Assembly (NCBI GenBank): GCA_963810815.1
Contig: CAWEPB010000002.1
Span: 80,940-144,939 of the forward strand
DNA from: an uncultured beta proteobacterium
Lineage (GTDB): Bacteria > Pseudomonadota > Gammaproteobacteria > Burkholderiales > Casimicrobiaceae
DNA: 64,000 nt
Direction: 5' to 3'
Positions 47,715 through 58,022 of this stretch are shown one piece after another. Position numbers and translations under genes: made by a program. Under the pieces are notes generated by a model. That model saw only the letters and a list, made by a program, of their open reading frames with translations, searched no databases and was not told where the DNA came from. The stretch's first letter is position 1. Each line of letters starts with the position of its first letter.

Positions 47715-48713
47715 ATGTCCGTCTACACGCCCGTCACCACCGAGGAACTCGATGCCTGGCTCGCGCGCTACAGCGTGGGCGGCCTGGTCGAGCTCGCCCC
47801 GATCGCATCGGGCATCGAGAACTCGAACTACTTCGTCACGACCGGGAACGGCCGGTACGTCCTGACGCTCTACGAACGGCTGCCGGCGACCGAGCTGCCG
47901 TTCTACCTGAACCTGATGGCGCACCTCGCCCGCGCCGGCGCCGCAGTGCCGGCCCCGGTGCCGGACCGGACCGGGTCGCTGTTCAGCCTGCTCAACGGCA
48001 AGCCGGCCGGACTGGTCGAGCGCATCGACGGCGCGCCGGTGCTCGCCCCCGACGTCGACCACTGCGCCGCGGTCGGCGCGGCGCTGGGCCGGCTGCACGT
48101 GGCGTCGCGCGGGTACCGTGCGCGGCTCACCAATCGCCGCGGTCCGGGCTGGTGGCGGCAGGCGGCGCGAGCGGTCAAGCCGTTCCTCGACGCGGACCAG
48201 AACGCGCTGCTCGCCGAGGAACTCCGGCACCAGACCGGGTTCGGCAAGGGCACGATGCCGCGAGGCGCCGTGCACGGCGACCTCTTCTGCGACAACGTGC
48301 TGTTCGCCGGAGCCGCGGTGGCCGGCATCATCGACTTCGGCTTTGCCGCCACCGACTTCCTCGCCTACGACCTCGCGATCGCCGTCAACGACTGGTGCAT
48401 CGTCCGCGAAGGCGCGGAGGCAGGGGCGCTGGACCCCGGGCGGGTCGGTGCGTTCGTCCGCGCCTACGAACAGCAGCGCCCGCTCACCGCCGAGGAGCGC
48501 GAACACTGGCCGTCGCTGCTGCGCGCGGCGGCATTGCGCTTCTGGCTGTCCCGGCTGTACGACCTTCACCTGCCGCGCGCGGGCGAACTGGTCCACGCGC
48601 ACGACCCGGCGCACTTCGAGCGCGTGCTGCGCGACCGTGTCGCCCGACCCGCGCGGCTGCCGCCGGCGCCGGTCGACGCCGCCTCGGGCGCGGCGGCGCG
48701 GGTGAAGCTGTGA
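47715..48713 (+). CDS. thrB: Homoserine kinase (ThrB, aminoglycoside-phosphotransferase-fold type)
   Basis: MSVYTPVTTEELDAWLARY...GIENSNYFV N-terminus. Kinase catalytic HGDLFCDNVLF and IDFGF motifs. Confidence 0.9.
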   Translation: MSVYTPVTTEELDAWLARYSVGGLVELAPIASGIENSNYFVTTGNGRYVLTLYERLPATELPFYLNLMAHLARAGAAVPAPVPDRTGSLFSLLNGKPAGLVERIDGAPVLAPDVDHCAAVGAALGRLHVASRGYRARLTNRRGPGWWRQAARAVKPFLDADQNALLAEELRHQTGFGKGTMPRGAVHGDLFCDNVLFAGAAVAGIIDFGFAATDFLAYDLAIAVNDWCIVREGAEAGALDPGRVGAFVRAYEQQRPLTAEEREHWPSLLRAAALRFWLSRLYDLHLPRAGELVHAHDPAHFERVLRDRVARPARLPPAPVDAASGAAARVKL

Positions 48714-49552
48714 CCGACGCGACGCCGGCGCCCTTCGTCCGGCGCGACGCAGCGCGCGGCGTGCACTGGCTGCGCGAGGCCTACGCGCGGCTGTCCGCCC
48801 AGCGGCTGCCCTGGCTGCTGCTGCTGATGCTCTATTACCTGCTGCTCGGACTCGTCGATCTGGTGCCCATGGTCGGCGGCGTCGTCGCGCCGTTGCTGAA
48901 GCCGGTGTTCGCCGTCGGCTTCCTCGCGGCCGCCTGGACGCAGGAACGCGGCGGCACCCCGGAACTGAAGCTGCTGTTCCGCGGCTTCACGGCCAACGTC
49001 CCGGCGCTGCTGGCGATCGGCGTCGTGTTCGTCGGCGGCGTCGGTCTCGCGCTGCTGGCGACGGCGCTGGTCGACGGCGGCAAGACGCTCGACCTGCTGT
49101 CGGGCAAGCTCAAGCCCGACGAAGCGGCATTCGCGACCGGCGAGGTCCAGCTGGCGATGCTGTTCGCCGCCGTCTGCGCGACGCCGGTCGTGCTGGCGAT
49201 CTGGTTCGCGCCGGCGCTGGTCGTCTTCCAGGGCTTCGGCCCGGTGCGCGCGCTCGTCACCAGCCTGCGCTGCTGCCTCGCCAACTGGCGGGCCGTCTCG
49301 GTCTACGGTCTGATGCTGTTCTTCTACGGCGGCGTCGTGCCGGGGATCGTCACGGGCCTCGTGGCGATGGTGGCGCCGCGCGACCTCGCGTTCACCGTGG
49401 CGCTGCTGGTGCTGATGCCGTACTTCTTCCTGTTCGTGGCAACGCTGCACATCAGCGACTACGTCAGCTACCGGGATCTCTTCCACGCCGACGAGCCGGC
49501 CGATGCCGTCGGCGCCCCGACCGACGCCCCACCCGGCGATCAGGCGGGCTGA
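48710..49552 (+). CDS. BPSS1780-like polytopic membrane protein (second paralogue)
   Basis: GTG at 48710 overlaps the thrB stop (GTGA). [12 protein letters not shown] is followed by multiple TM helices. Similar layout to 42867..43670. Confidence 0.65.
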   Translation: MTDATPAPFVRRDAARGVHWLREAYARLSAQRLPWLLLLMLYYLLLGLVDLVPMVGGVVAPLLKPVFAVGFLAAAWTQERGGTPELKLLFRGFTANVPALLAIGVVFVGGVGLALLATALVDGGKTLDLLSGKLKPDEAAFATGEVQLAMLFAAVCATPVVLAIWFAPALVVFQGFGPVRALVTSLRCCLANWRAVSVYGLMLFFYGGVVPGIVTGLVAMVAPRDLAFTVALLVLMPYFFLFVATLHISDYVSYRDLFHADEPADAVGAPTDAPPGDQAG

Positions 49553-49633
49553 CGCGGCGCGGTGCCGCGCCGGGCCATCGGCCGACGGCCGCCTTCACGA
49601 CCTCGACGACGACGGGCGGGGCGACATCGACGG

Positions 49634-51910
49634 TCAGACGGGCTCGAGCTTCGCGTACTCCAGCGCCAGCCACTTCATCCCGGCCTCGCGAAAGTTGACC
49701 TGCACGCGGGCGTCGGCACCGCGGCCCTCGGCATCGACGATCACGCCGGTGCCGAACTTGGCGTGGCGAACGCTCTGGCCGATCTTCCACCCGGGACCCG
49801 CCGCCGCTCCCTCGCGCGCCGGGGCCTCGGTCCCCGCGCCCGCGCCACTGCCGGCGAAGCGGCCCCACTCGCTCTCGTCGAACTCGATCGCGCGTCGCCG
49901 TGACGACAGCCACGTGACAAGCTCGCGCGGCAGCTCGTCGAGGAATCGCGAGGCGATGTGGTAGCGGGTCTGGCCGTGCAGCATCCGGCTCTGCGCCAGC
50001 GTCAGGTACAGCCGCCGCTTGGCCCGGGTGATGGCGACGTACATGAGCCGCCGCTCCTCCTCGACCCCGGCGAACTCGTTGAGGCTGTTCTCGTGCGGGA
50101 ACAGGCCTTCCTCGAGCCCGGTGACGAACACCGTGTGGAACTCCAGCCCCTTGGCGGCGTGCACCGTCATCAGCTGCAGCGCGGCGCGGCCCTCCGCCGC
50201 CTGGGTCTCGCCGGCCTCGAGCGCCGCGTGCGTGAGGAACGCGGTCAGCGGATCGGTCGCGCCTTCCTGCGCACCGTCGGCGGGGGCCTCGTCGGGATTG
50301 GCCGGATCGGCGGCGACGCGCTCCGACAGCATCGGCGCGTCGGTGGCGATCTCGGCCTCGCGCACGAAGCCCTGCGCCGCGTTGACCAGCTCCTTCAGGT
50401 TGTCGACGCGATCCTCGCCGTCCTTCTCGGCGCGGTAGTGCGCGAGGAGACCCGACGCCGCGATCACGTGCTCGACCGCCTCGGGCAGCGGCAGGCCCGC
50501 GGTCGCGGCGCGCATCGCCTCGATCGTCCGGACGAACGCCCCGAGGCTGGTGCCGGCCTTGCCGGTCAGCGCGCCCGAGCAGGCCGCCTGCCACAGCGGC
50601 ACGCCCTGGCCCCGAGCCGCGTCCTGCAGCGACTCGAGCGTGCGCGCACCGATGCCGCGCGGCGGAAAGTTGACGACGCGCAGGAACGCGCCGTCGTCGC
50701 CGGGCGCCGCGATCAGCCGCAGGTAGGCGAGCGCGTGCTTCACTTCGGCGCGCTCGAAGTAGCGCATGCCGCCGTAGACCCGGTACGGCACGCCGGCGTT
50801 GAACAGCGCGTGCTCGAGCACGCGCGACTGCGCGTTGCTGCGGTAGAGGACCGCGACCTCGTCGAGCGCGATGCCGTCGGCCCCGGCGCCCTTGACGACG
50901 TCGACGATGAACGCCGCCTCGTCGAGGTCGCTGGGGGCGGCGAACGCGCGCACCGGGTCGCCCTTGGCGTCGGCGGTCCACAGGTTCTTGCCCAGCCGCG
51001 TCTGGTTGTGGCGGATCAGCGCGTTGGCGGCGTCGAGGATGTGCCCCTGCGACCGGTAGTTCTGCTCGAGCTTGATCAGGCGAACCGCGGTCCCCGCGGT
51101 GGCGAAATCGCGCTCGAAATGCTGCATGTTGGCGACGTTGGCTCCGCGGAACGCGTAGATCGACTGGTCGTCGTCGCCGACGGCGAACACCGCGGTCTCC
51201 GGGCTCGCCAGCTGCCCCAGCCACTTGTACTGGAGCACGTTGGTGTCCTGGAACTCGTCGACCAGCAGGTGCGAGAACCGGCGCCGGTAGTGCTCGCGCA
51301 GCCGCTCGTTGCCGGCAAGCAGCTCGTAGCTGCGCAGCAGCAGCTCGGCGAAGTCGACGACCCCCTCCCGCTGGCACATCGCCTCGTACAGCGCGTAGTG
51401 CTCGACCTGCCGGCGCGCGAACTCGTCGCCGGCCTCGACCGCGTTCGGGCGCAACCCCTCCTCCTTGGCGCCGGCGATGAACCACTGCAGCTGCTTCGGC
51501 GGGAAGCGCTCGTCGTCGAGGTTGTGCGCCTTGTACATCCGCTTGATCAGCGACAGCTGGTCCTGCGTGTCCATGATCTGGAACAGCTGGGGCAGGTTGG
51601 CGTCGCGGTGGTGTGCGCGCAGCATCCGGTTGCACAGGCCGTGGAAGGTGCCGATCCACATGCCGCGCGTGTTGACCGGCGTCAGCGTCGACAGCCGGGT
51701 CAGCATCTCCTTCGCCGCCTTGTTGGTGAAGGTGACGGCGAGGATCGACAGCGGCGACGCCTGGCCGGTGGCGAGCAGCCACGCGATCCGCGTCGTCAGC
51801 ACCCGCGTCTTGCCGCTCCCGGCGCCGGCGAGGATCAGCGCCGACTGGTGCGGCAGCGTGACGGCCTCGAGCTGTTCCGGATTGAGGTTGGCGAGGAGTG
51901 GCGAGGCCAT
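49634..51910 (-). CDS. uvrD: ATP-dependent DNA helicase UvrD/Rep family (DNA helicase II)
   Basis: ATG at 51910. LNPEQLEAV...ILAGAGSGKTRVLT Walker A, DEFQDTN, and SF1 motifs through VHAAKGLEF. 758 aa. Confidence 0.95.
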   Translation of the reverse strand: MASPLLANLNPEQLEAVTLPHQSALILAGAGSGKTRVLTTRIAWLLATGQASPLSILAVTFTNKAAKEMLTRLSTLTPVNTRGMWIGTFHGLCNRMLRAHHRDANLPQLFQIMDTQDQLSLIKRMYKAHNLDDERFPPKQLQWFIAGAKEEGLRPNAVEAGDEFARRQVEHYALYEAMCQREGVVDFAELLLRSYELLAGNERLREHYRRRFSHLLVDEFQDTNVLQYKWLGQLASPETAVFAVGDDDQSIYAFRGANVANMQHFERDFATAGTAVRLIKLEQNYRSQGHILDAANALIRHNQTRLGKNLWTADAKGDPVRAFAAPSDLDEAAFIVDVVKGAGADGIALDEVAVLYRSNAQSRVLEHALFNAGVPYRVYGGMRYFERAEVKHALAYLRLIAAPGDDGAFLRVVNFPPRGIGARTLESLQDAARGQGVPLWQAACSGALTGKAGTSLGAFVRTIEAMRAATAGLPLPEAVEHVIAASGLLAHYRAEKDGEDRVDNLKELVNAAQGFVREAEIATDAPMLSERVAADPANPDEAPADGAQEGATDPLTAFLTHAALEAGETQAAEGRAALQLMTVHAAKGLEFHTVFVTGLEEGLFPHENSLNEFAGVEEERRLMYVAITRAKRRLYLTLAQSRMLHGQTRYHIASRFLDELPRELVTWLSSRRRAIEFDESEWGRFAGSGAGAGTEAPAREGAAAGPGWKIGQSVRHAKFGTGVIVDAEGRGADARVQVNFREAGMKWLALEYAKLEPV

Positions 51911-51999
51911 GCGGGAAGGGAAACGGGTTCGGCCCGCGATTATAGAGGTCCGGCGGGCGCTATAATCGGCCCGCCTCCAACTTCCGCCCCGACGCCCGC

Positions 52000-53349
52000 A
52001 TGCCCCGCGCACCCGACGCCACGCCGCCCGTCAATTCGGCGACGATGCGGGCGTTCGTCCACTGGATCCGTGCCGCGGCGCCGTACGTCCACGCGTTCCG
52101 CGGCCGCACCTTCGTCATCGCCTTCGGCGGCGAGGTCGTCGCCGACGATTCGTTCCTCGGCGTCGTCCACGACGTCAACCTGCTGGTGAGCCTCGGCATC
52201 CGCCTGGTCGTCGTCCACGGCTGCCGGCCGCAGGTCGAGACGATCCTGGCGCAGCAGGGCTACGAAAGCCGCTACCACCGCGGGGTGCGGATCACCGACG
52301 CCGATGCGATGGACTGCGTGCTCGAGGCCGCGGGCCAGGTGCGCGCGCGGATCGAGGCGCTGCTGTCGCTGGGGCTCGCCAACTCGCCGATGGCCGGTGC
52401 GCGCAACCGCGTGTCCTCCGGCAACTACATCACGGCCAAGCCGATGGGCGTGGTCGACGGCACCGACATGCAGCACACCGGCGAGGTGAGGCGCGTCGAC
52501 ACCGAGGCGATCCAGCAGCGCACCGACGACGGCGACATCGTGCTGATCTCGCCGATCGGCTACTCGCCCACCGGCGAGATCTTCAACCTCACCGTCGAGG
52601 AAGTCGCCATGCAGGTCGCGGTGCGCCTGAACGCGACCAAGCTCATCTTCCTGATGGACACCGAGGGCGTGCGCAACAGCCGCCGGCAGCTGCTGACCGA
52701 CCTGTCGACGCGCGACGCGGAGGCGCTGCTCGCGCACCCGGAACGGCTTGCCCCCGACGTGCGCGTCTACCTGCCCGCCGCGGTGCGCGCCTGCGACAAC
52801 GGCGTCAAGCGTGCGCACCTGATCAGCCGCCTGCACGACGGCGCGCTGCTGATCGAGCTGTTCACCCGCGACGGCGTCGGCACCATGGTCGCCTCGTCGG
52901 CGCTCGCCAACCTCCGCAGCGCGACGATCGACGACGTCGGCGGCATCCTCGCGATCATCGCGCCGCTCGAGGAGCAGGGCATCCTGGTGCGCCGCTCGCG
53001 CGAGCGGCTCGAGGCCGAGATCGAGCGCTTCGTCGTCGCCGAGTACGACGGGCACATCATCGGCTGCGCGGCGCTGTACGCGTTCCCCGAGGACCGGCTG
53101 GGAGAGCTCGCCGCGCTGGCGGTGCACCCGGATTTCCGGCGCGAAGGCTACGGCGAGGCGCTGATGACCGAGATCGAGGCGCGCGCGCGGAAGCTGAAGC
53201 TGTCGCAGCTGTTCGTGCTCACCACCAAGACCGCGCACTGGTTCCAGGAGCGCGGCTTCCGCGCGGCGGCGGTCGGCGACCTGCCGCAGCAGAAGCAGGC
53301 GCTGTACAACTACCAGCGGAAGTCGCAGGTCTACCGCAAGATGCTCTGA
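52000..53349 (+). CDS. argA: Amino-acid N-acetyltransferase (N-acetylglutamate synthase)
   Basis: N-terminal AAK domain (FRGRTFVIAFGGE) and C-terminal GNAT domain (FRREGYGEALM). 449 aa. Confidence 0.9.
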   Translation: MPRAPDATPPVNSATMRAFVHWIRAAAPYVHAFRGRTFVIAFGGEVVADDSFLGVVHDVNLLVSLGIRLVVVHGCRPQVETILAQQGYESRYHRGVRITDADAMDCVLEAAGQVRARIEALLSLGLANSPMAGARNRVSSGNYITAKPMGVVDGTDMQHTGEVRRVDTEAIQQRTDDGDIVLISPIGYSPTGEIFNLTVEEVAMQVAVRLNATKLIFLMDTEGVRNSRRQLLTDLSTRDAEALLAHPERLAPDVRVYLPAAVRACDNGVKRAHLISRLHDGALLIELFTRDGVGTMVASSALANLRSATIDDVGGILAIIAPLEEQGILVRRSRERLEAEIERFVVAEYDGHIIGCAALYAFPEDRLGELAALAVHPDFRREGYGEALMTEIEARARKLKLSQLFVLTTKTAHWFQERGFRAAAVGDLPQQKQALYNYQRKSQVYRKML

Positions 53350-53391
53350 CCGCCCTGGCGCGGTCCCACCCATTACCCGCAGGAGCAGACG

Positions 53392-53661
53392 ATGGCAAGG
53401 ATGGTTCATTGCGTGAAGCTCGGCCGCGAGGCCGAAGGGCTCGATCTTCCGCCGTACCCGGGCGAGCTGGGCAAGCGGATCTACGAGAACGTGTCGAAGG
53501 AAGCCTGGCAGCAGTGGCTGCGGCAGCAGACGATGCTGGTCAACGAGAACCGGCTGTCGCTCGCCGACGCGCGCGCGCGGAAGTGGCTTGCCGAGCAGAT
53601 GGAGAAGCACTTCTTCGGCGGCGGCGCCGACATGCCGCAGGGTTACGTGCCGCCGGCCTGA
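53392..53661 (+). CDS. yggX: Fe(2+)-trafficking / oxidative-damage protection protein YggX
   Basis: [42 protein letters not shown] is near-canonical YggX. 89 aa. Confidence 0.9.
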   Translation: MARMVHCVKLGREAEGLDLPPYPGELGKRIYENVSKEAWQQWLRQQTMLVNENRLSLADARARKWLAEQMEKHFFGGGADMPQGYVPPA

Positions 53662-53683
53662 TCCGCGCACCGGGAGGATGGCG

Positions 53684-54271
53684 ATGACTGCGCAGCAACC
53701 GGTTTCACGCTGGCCGGTGCCCCGGCTCGAGGACCTGCCGGAGGACATCCGCGCGCGGATCGTCGAGGTCCAGGAGAAGGCGGGCTTCGTGCCCAACGTG
53801 TTCGTCACGCTGGCGCATCGCCCCGAGGAGTTCCGCGCGTTCTTCGCGTACCACGACGCGCTGATGCTGAAGGAAGGCGGGCTGACCAAGGCCGAGCGCG
53901 AGATGATCGTCGTCGCGACGTCCGGGGCCAACGACTGCCTGTACTGCATCGTGGCCCACGGCGCGATCCTGCGCGTCTACGCGAAGAACCCGCTCGTCGC
54001 CGACCAGGTCGCCGTCAATTACCGCAAGGCCGACATCACGCCGCGGCAGAAGGCGATGCTCGCGTTCGCGCTGAAGGTCGCCACCCGCAGCAGCGAGCTC
54101 GTCGACGACGACTACGCGGCGCTGGCCGCGCACGGCTTTTCCGGCGAGGACGTCTGGGACATCGGCGCGATCGCGGCGTTCTTCGCGCTGTCGAACCGCA
54201 TGGCCAACCTGATCGGCATGCGCCCCAACGACGAGTTCTTCACGCTGGGGCGGCTGCCGCGCAAGGCCTGA
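53684..54271 (+). CDS. Peroxidase-related AhpD-like/carboxymuconolactone decarboxylase family protein
   Basis: ATG at 53684 lies 6 nt after GGGAGG. CxxC-type motif ANDCLYCIVAH is typical of the AhpD-like family. Confidence 0.8.
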   Translation: MTAQQPVSRWPVPRLEDLPEDIRARIVEVQEKAGFVPNVFVTLAHRPEEFRAFFAYHDALMLKEGGLTKAEREMIVVATSGANDCLYCIVAHGAILRVYAKNPLVADQVAVNYRKADITPRQKAMLAFALKVATRSSELVDDDYAALAAHGFSGEDVWDIGAIAAFFALSNRMANLIGMRPNDEFFTLGRLPRKA

Positions 54272-54352
54272 CCCCGCGCCCGGCCACGCCGGCTGCGCGC
54301 CGGTCCCGAATCCGCCTGGGCGCGCCGATGCGCCACCCGGCAGCCGCCGGCC

Positions 54353-56194
54353 TCAGGCGCGGCAGCGCGCGACGACGAACGCCGTCAGCGCATCGACGCA
54401 GGCGGCGACGTCCTGCGTCTCGGTGTCGACGACGAGGTCCGGCGCGTCGGGCGGTTCGTAGGGGCTGTCGATGCCGGTGAAGTCGCGCAGTTCGCCGGCG
54501 CGCGCCTTGCGGTACAGCCCCTTCGGATCGCGCGCCTCGCAGACCGCGAGCCCCGATTTCACGTGCACCTCGAAAAAGCGGTGCGTGCCGGCGGCGGCGC
54601 GGGCGCGCGCGCGGTCGTCGCGATACGGCGAGATGAACGCCGTGACGCACACCGCGCCGGCGTCGGCGAACAGCGCGGCCACCTCCCCGATGCGGCGGAT
54701 GTTCTCCTGCCGGTCGTCCGGCGCGAAGCCCAGGTCCGCGTTGAGCCCGCGGCGCACATTGTCGCCGTCGAGCGTGTAGACCTGCCAGCCGCGGTCGAAC
54801 AGGCGCCGCTCGACCGCCATCGCCAGCGTCGACTTGCCCGCGCCCGACAGGCCGGTGAGCCAGACCACGGCACCGGCGTGGCCGGTGCGCGCCGCCCGCT
54901 CGACGCCGGTGACCGAATGGCCCACCGGCGTCAGGTGATCGCCGGCGGCCCGCGCATGCCGCAGGTCCGGATAGCCGCTGGCGTCGGCGACGCCGCCGCC
55001 GACGATCGCGTGGTCTTCGATCAGCACGAAACGCGCGCCGTTCGGGTGCGCGGCGTAGTCGTCGAGCGCGATCGTCGCGTCGCAGCGCAGCGTGACGCGG
55101 CCGACGCTGCCTTCGGGCACGGCGACCCCGGCCCGCGCGGCGAAGGCGTCGTCGTCGAACACCTGGTCGACGGCGACGACGTGCGCGCCCACCTCGCGGG
55201 TGCCGACGCGCAGCCGCAGCCGGCGCCCCGCGGCGAGGTCCCCGGCGCCGAGCCAGAACAGCTCCGCGTCGAACACCGCGGTGAGCTTCGGCGGCGAGCC
55301 CGGGTCGCACAGGAGGTCGCCGCGCTCGACCAGCAGCGGCAGGTCGAGCACGACGCCGGCGTTGTCGCCGGTGTCCGCGGCGGCCGGGGGCTGCGGCCAC
55401 CCGGTCAGCGCCTCGACGCGCGCCGCGAGTCCCGACGGCAGGACGAGCACCCGATCGCCGGCGCGCACCGTGCCGCGCGCGACGCGGCCGGCGACGACGC
55501 GGCGCTCGCCGTCGCGGTAGACGTCCTGCACCGGCATCCGCAGCGGACCCGGCGCCGGCGCCACCGCGTCGGGCAGCGCCTCGAGCGCCGCGATCAGCGT
55601 CGGGCCGGCCCACCAACCGGCGCGGCAGGGCCGCACGAGATTCTCGCCGTCGCGCGCGGCCACCGGCACGATCGCATGCGCGACCAGGCCCAGGCGCGCC
55701 AGCGCGTCCGCGAGTTCGTCGCGGACCGCGCCGAAGCGCGCCGCGTCCCAGTCGACGAGGTCCATCTTGTTGACGGCGACGACCAGGTCGCGGACGCCGA
55801 GCAGCCGCAGCAGCGACAGGTGTCGGCGCGTCTGCGCCTCGATCCCGGCGTGCGCGTCGACGACCAGCAGCCCGGCCTCGGTGTCGGCGGCGCCGGTGAC
55901 GAGGTTGCGGATGAGCTGGCGGTGTCCCGGCGCGTCGATGATGACGAACTCGCGCACCGGCGTGGCCAGCCGGACGCGCGTGGTGTCCAGCGTGATGGCC
56001 TGGTCGCGCTCGACCTGGAAGGCGTCGAGCACGAACGACCATTCCAGCGGCACGCCGCGGCGGGCGCTCGCCGCCTCGAGCGCGGCGACCTTGCCGTCGG
56101 GCAGGAGATCGAGCTCGTGCAGCAGGCGACCGAGCAGCGTCGACTTCCCGTGGTCGACGTGGCCGGCGAGGCAGATCGACAGCGGGGCGGCCAT
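54353..56194 (-). CDS. cysNC: Bifunctional sulfate adenylyltransferase subunit 1 / adenylylsulfate kinase (CysN-CysC fusion)
   Basis: ATG at 56194 overlaps the cysD stop (TGATG). GTPase motifs [15 protein letters not shown] and NKMD. The C-terminal APS kinase has the P-loop GLSGAGKST. Confidence 0.9.
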   Translation of the reverse strand: MAAPLSICLAGHVDHGKSTLLGRLLHELDLLPDGKVAALEAASARRGVPLEWSFVLDAFQVERDQAITLDTTRVRLATPVREFVIIDAPGHRQLIRNLVTGAADTEAGLLVVDAHAGIEAQTRRHLSLLRLLGVRDLVVAVNKMDLVDWDAARFGAVRDELADALARLGLVAHAIVPVAARDGENLVRPCRAGWWAGPTLIAALEALPDAVAPAPGPLRMPVQDVYRDGERRVVAGRVARGTVRAGDRVLVLPSGLAARVEALTGWPQPPAAADTGDNAGVVLDLPLLVERGDLLCDPGSPPKLTAVFDAELFWLGAGDLAAGRRLRLRVGTREVGAHVVAVDQVFDDDAFAARAGVAVPEGSVGRVTLRCDATIALDDYAAHPNGARFVLIEDHAIVGGGVADASGYPDLRHARAAGDHLTPVGHSVTGVERAARTGHAGAVVWLTGLSGAGKSTLAMAVERRLFDRGWQVYTLDGDNVRRGLNADLGFAPDDRQENIRRIGEVAALFADAGAVCVTAFISPYRDDRARARAAAGTHRFFEVHVKSGLAVCEARDPKGLYRKARAGELRDFTGIDSPYEPPDAPDLVVDTETQDVAACVDALTAFVVARCRA

Positions 56195-56991
56195 CACATG
56201 TAGCCCGCGGCACGCAGCCGCTCGAAGGCGTCCTCGCGCTCGTGGTCCATCGCGCGGCCCGCCCGCTCCTCCGAGCGCGTGCTCTCCAGCTCGCGGATGA
56301 TCTCGGCGACCGTCGACGCCTGCGACGGCACCGGATGCGTGATGTCCTTCTCGCCCAGCGAACGGAAGCGGCGGCCGTCGCGGGCGAAGTAGAGCTCGCA
56401 GACCGGGATGCTCTCGCGCTGCACGTAGCGCCAGATGTCGAGTTCGGTCCAGGCGAGCAGCGGGTGGACGCGCACGTGGCCGCCGGGCGGCGGAACGCTC
56501 TGGAACTGTCCCCACAGCTCGGTGGGCTGCGTGCGGAAATGCCAGGTGCCGTCGGCGTCGCGCGGGCTCATCCACCGTTCCTTGCCGCGCACCGGCTGCT
56601 CGTCGCGCCGGATGCCGAGCACGACGCCGGCGAACTTCTCCCGTCCGATCAGCCGCTTCAGGCCCAGCGTCTTGCGCGCGGCGGCACGCGCCGCGGGCGG
56701 CAGCGTGGTGTCGGTCTCCTCGACGCCGGGACACTCGGCGTTGATGTAGTCGAGTCCCCACTCGCGCACGTAGCGGTCGCGGAACGCGTAGACCTCGTCG
56801 AATTCGTTGCCGGTGTCGAGCAGGATCACCGGAAACGGCACGCGGCCCCCGAACGCCTTGCGCGCGAGCCAGATCATCGTGTTGCTGTCCTTGCCGAGCG
56901 ACCACAGCATCGCCAGCGGCTTCAGCCGCGCGTACGCCTCGCGCAGGACGTAGATCGATTGCTGCTCCAGGGCGTGCAGGACGTCGGACAT
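56194..56991 (-). CDS. cysD: Sulfate adenylyltransferase subunit 2
   Basis: PAPS-reductase-fold motif MLWSLGKDS. 265 aa. Translationally coupled to cysNC. Confidence 0.95.
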   Translation of the reverse strand: MSDVLHALEQQSIYVLREAYARLKPLAMLWSLGKDSNTMIWLARKAFGGRVPFPVILLDTGNEFDEVYAFRDRYVREWGLDYINAECPGVEETDTTLPPAARAAARKTLGLKRLIGREKFAGVVLGIRRDEQPVRGKERWMSPRDADGTWHFRTQPTELWGQFQSVPPPGGHVRVHPLLAWTELDIWRYVQRESIPVCELYFARDGRRFRSLGEKDITHPVPSQASTVAEIIRELESTRSEERAGRAMDHEREDAFERLRAAGYM

Positions 56992-57085
56992 CGCGACGAT
57001 GTTACCAGAGCGCGGGGCGGCGACCGCGCAGGAAAAGGGGCGGCGGGATCGCCCCCGCCGCCCCCGATGGCTGGCGCCGCCTGCG

Positions 57086-57958
57086 TCAGCCGAGGTATTG
57101 CTTGAGTGCGGCCGTCGCGCGCTTCCAGCCGTCCTCGGCCTTGTCCTTGCGGTAGCTCGGCCGGTAGTCGGCGTGGAACCCGTGCGGCGTGCCGGGGTAG
57201 ATGACGAACTCGGATTTCGTGTTGCCGGCGGCCTTCAGCGCCGCGGCCATCTTCTCGACCGTGTCGCCCGGAATGCCGGGGTCGTCGCCGCCGTAGAGAC
57301 CGAGCACCGGCGCCTTGATCTGCGCCGCGACGTCGAGCGCGGTCTTGTCGCCGGGGAAGTACGAGCGGGCGACGGGGCCGTACCAGGGCACCGCGATCCT
57401 GACGCCCGGATTGTGCGCGGCGTACATCAGCGTCGTCCGCCCGCCCCAGCAGAAGCCGGTGATGCCGAGCTTCGCCGTGTCGGCCTTGCCGCTCGCCTTC
57501 GCGAACGCGACGGTGGCGTCGAGGTCGGCCATCACCTCGGCATCCGGCGTCCTGGCGACGATGTCGCGGAGCAGCGCCTGCGTGTCGGTCACCTTGCCGG
57601 CATCGCCCTGCCGCGCGAAGAGCTCCGGCGCGATCGCGTAGTAGCCCAGCTTGGCGAGCCGACGGGTGACGTCCTTGATGTGCTCGTGCACGCCCCAGAT
57701 CTCGGGCACGACCAGGACCGTCGGGAAGTTGCTTCCGGTCGCGGGCATCGCGCGGTACGCCGGCATGTCGCCGCCCTTCGCCGGCACCTTGACCTCGCCC
57801 GCGATCAGTCCGTCGGCGGGCGTCGTGATGGTCAGCGCCGACACCGGCAGCACGGCGAGCGCGAAACCCGCGCCCAGCGACGTGACGACGAACGAGCGGC
57901 GGTCGAACTTCTGCTCTCCGAAGAGGCTGCGGATCTCCGGATCGACGACAATACCCAT
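57086..57958 (-). CDS. Dienelactone hydrolase family protein, Tat-exported
   Basis: Tat motif FDRRSFVVTSLGAG. Nucleophile context GITGFCWGG. C-terminal HGF. Confidence 0.85.
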   Translation of the reverse strand: MGIVVDPEIRSLFGEQKFDRRSFVVTSLGAGFALAVLPVSALTITTPADGLIAGEVKVPAKGGDMPAYRAMPATGSNFPTVLVVPEIWGVHEHIKDVTRRLAKLGYYAIAPELFARQGDAGKVTDTQALLRDIVARTPDAEVMADLDATVAFAKASGKADTAKLGITGFCWGGRTTLMYAAHNPGVRIAVPWYGPVARSYFPGDKTALDVAAQIKAPVLGLYGGDDPGIPGDTVEKMAAALKAAGNTKSEFVIYPGTPHGFHADYRPSYRKDKAEDGWKRATAALKQYLG

Positions 57959-58022
57959 GCGCTTTCCTTTCTGCGCCGCGTTCCGCGGCGTGTTTCGTTG
58001 GATCGACGCGCCGGATGGCGCG

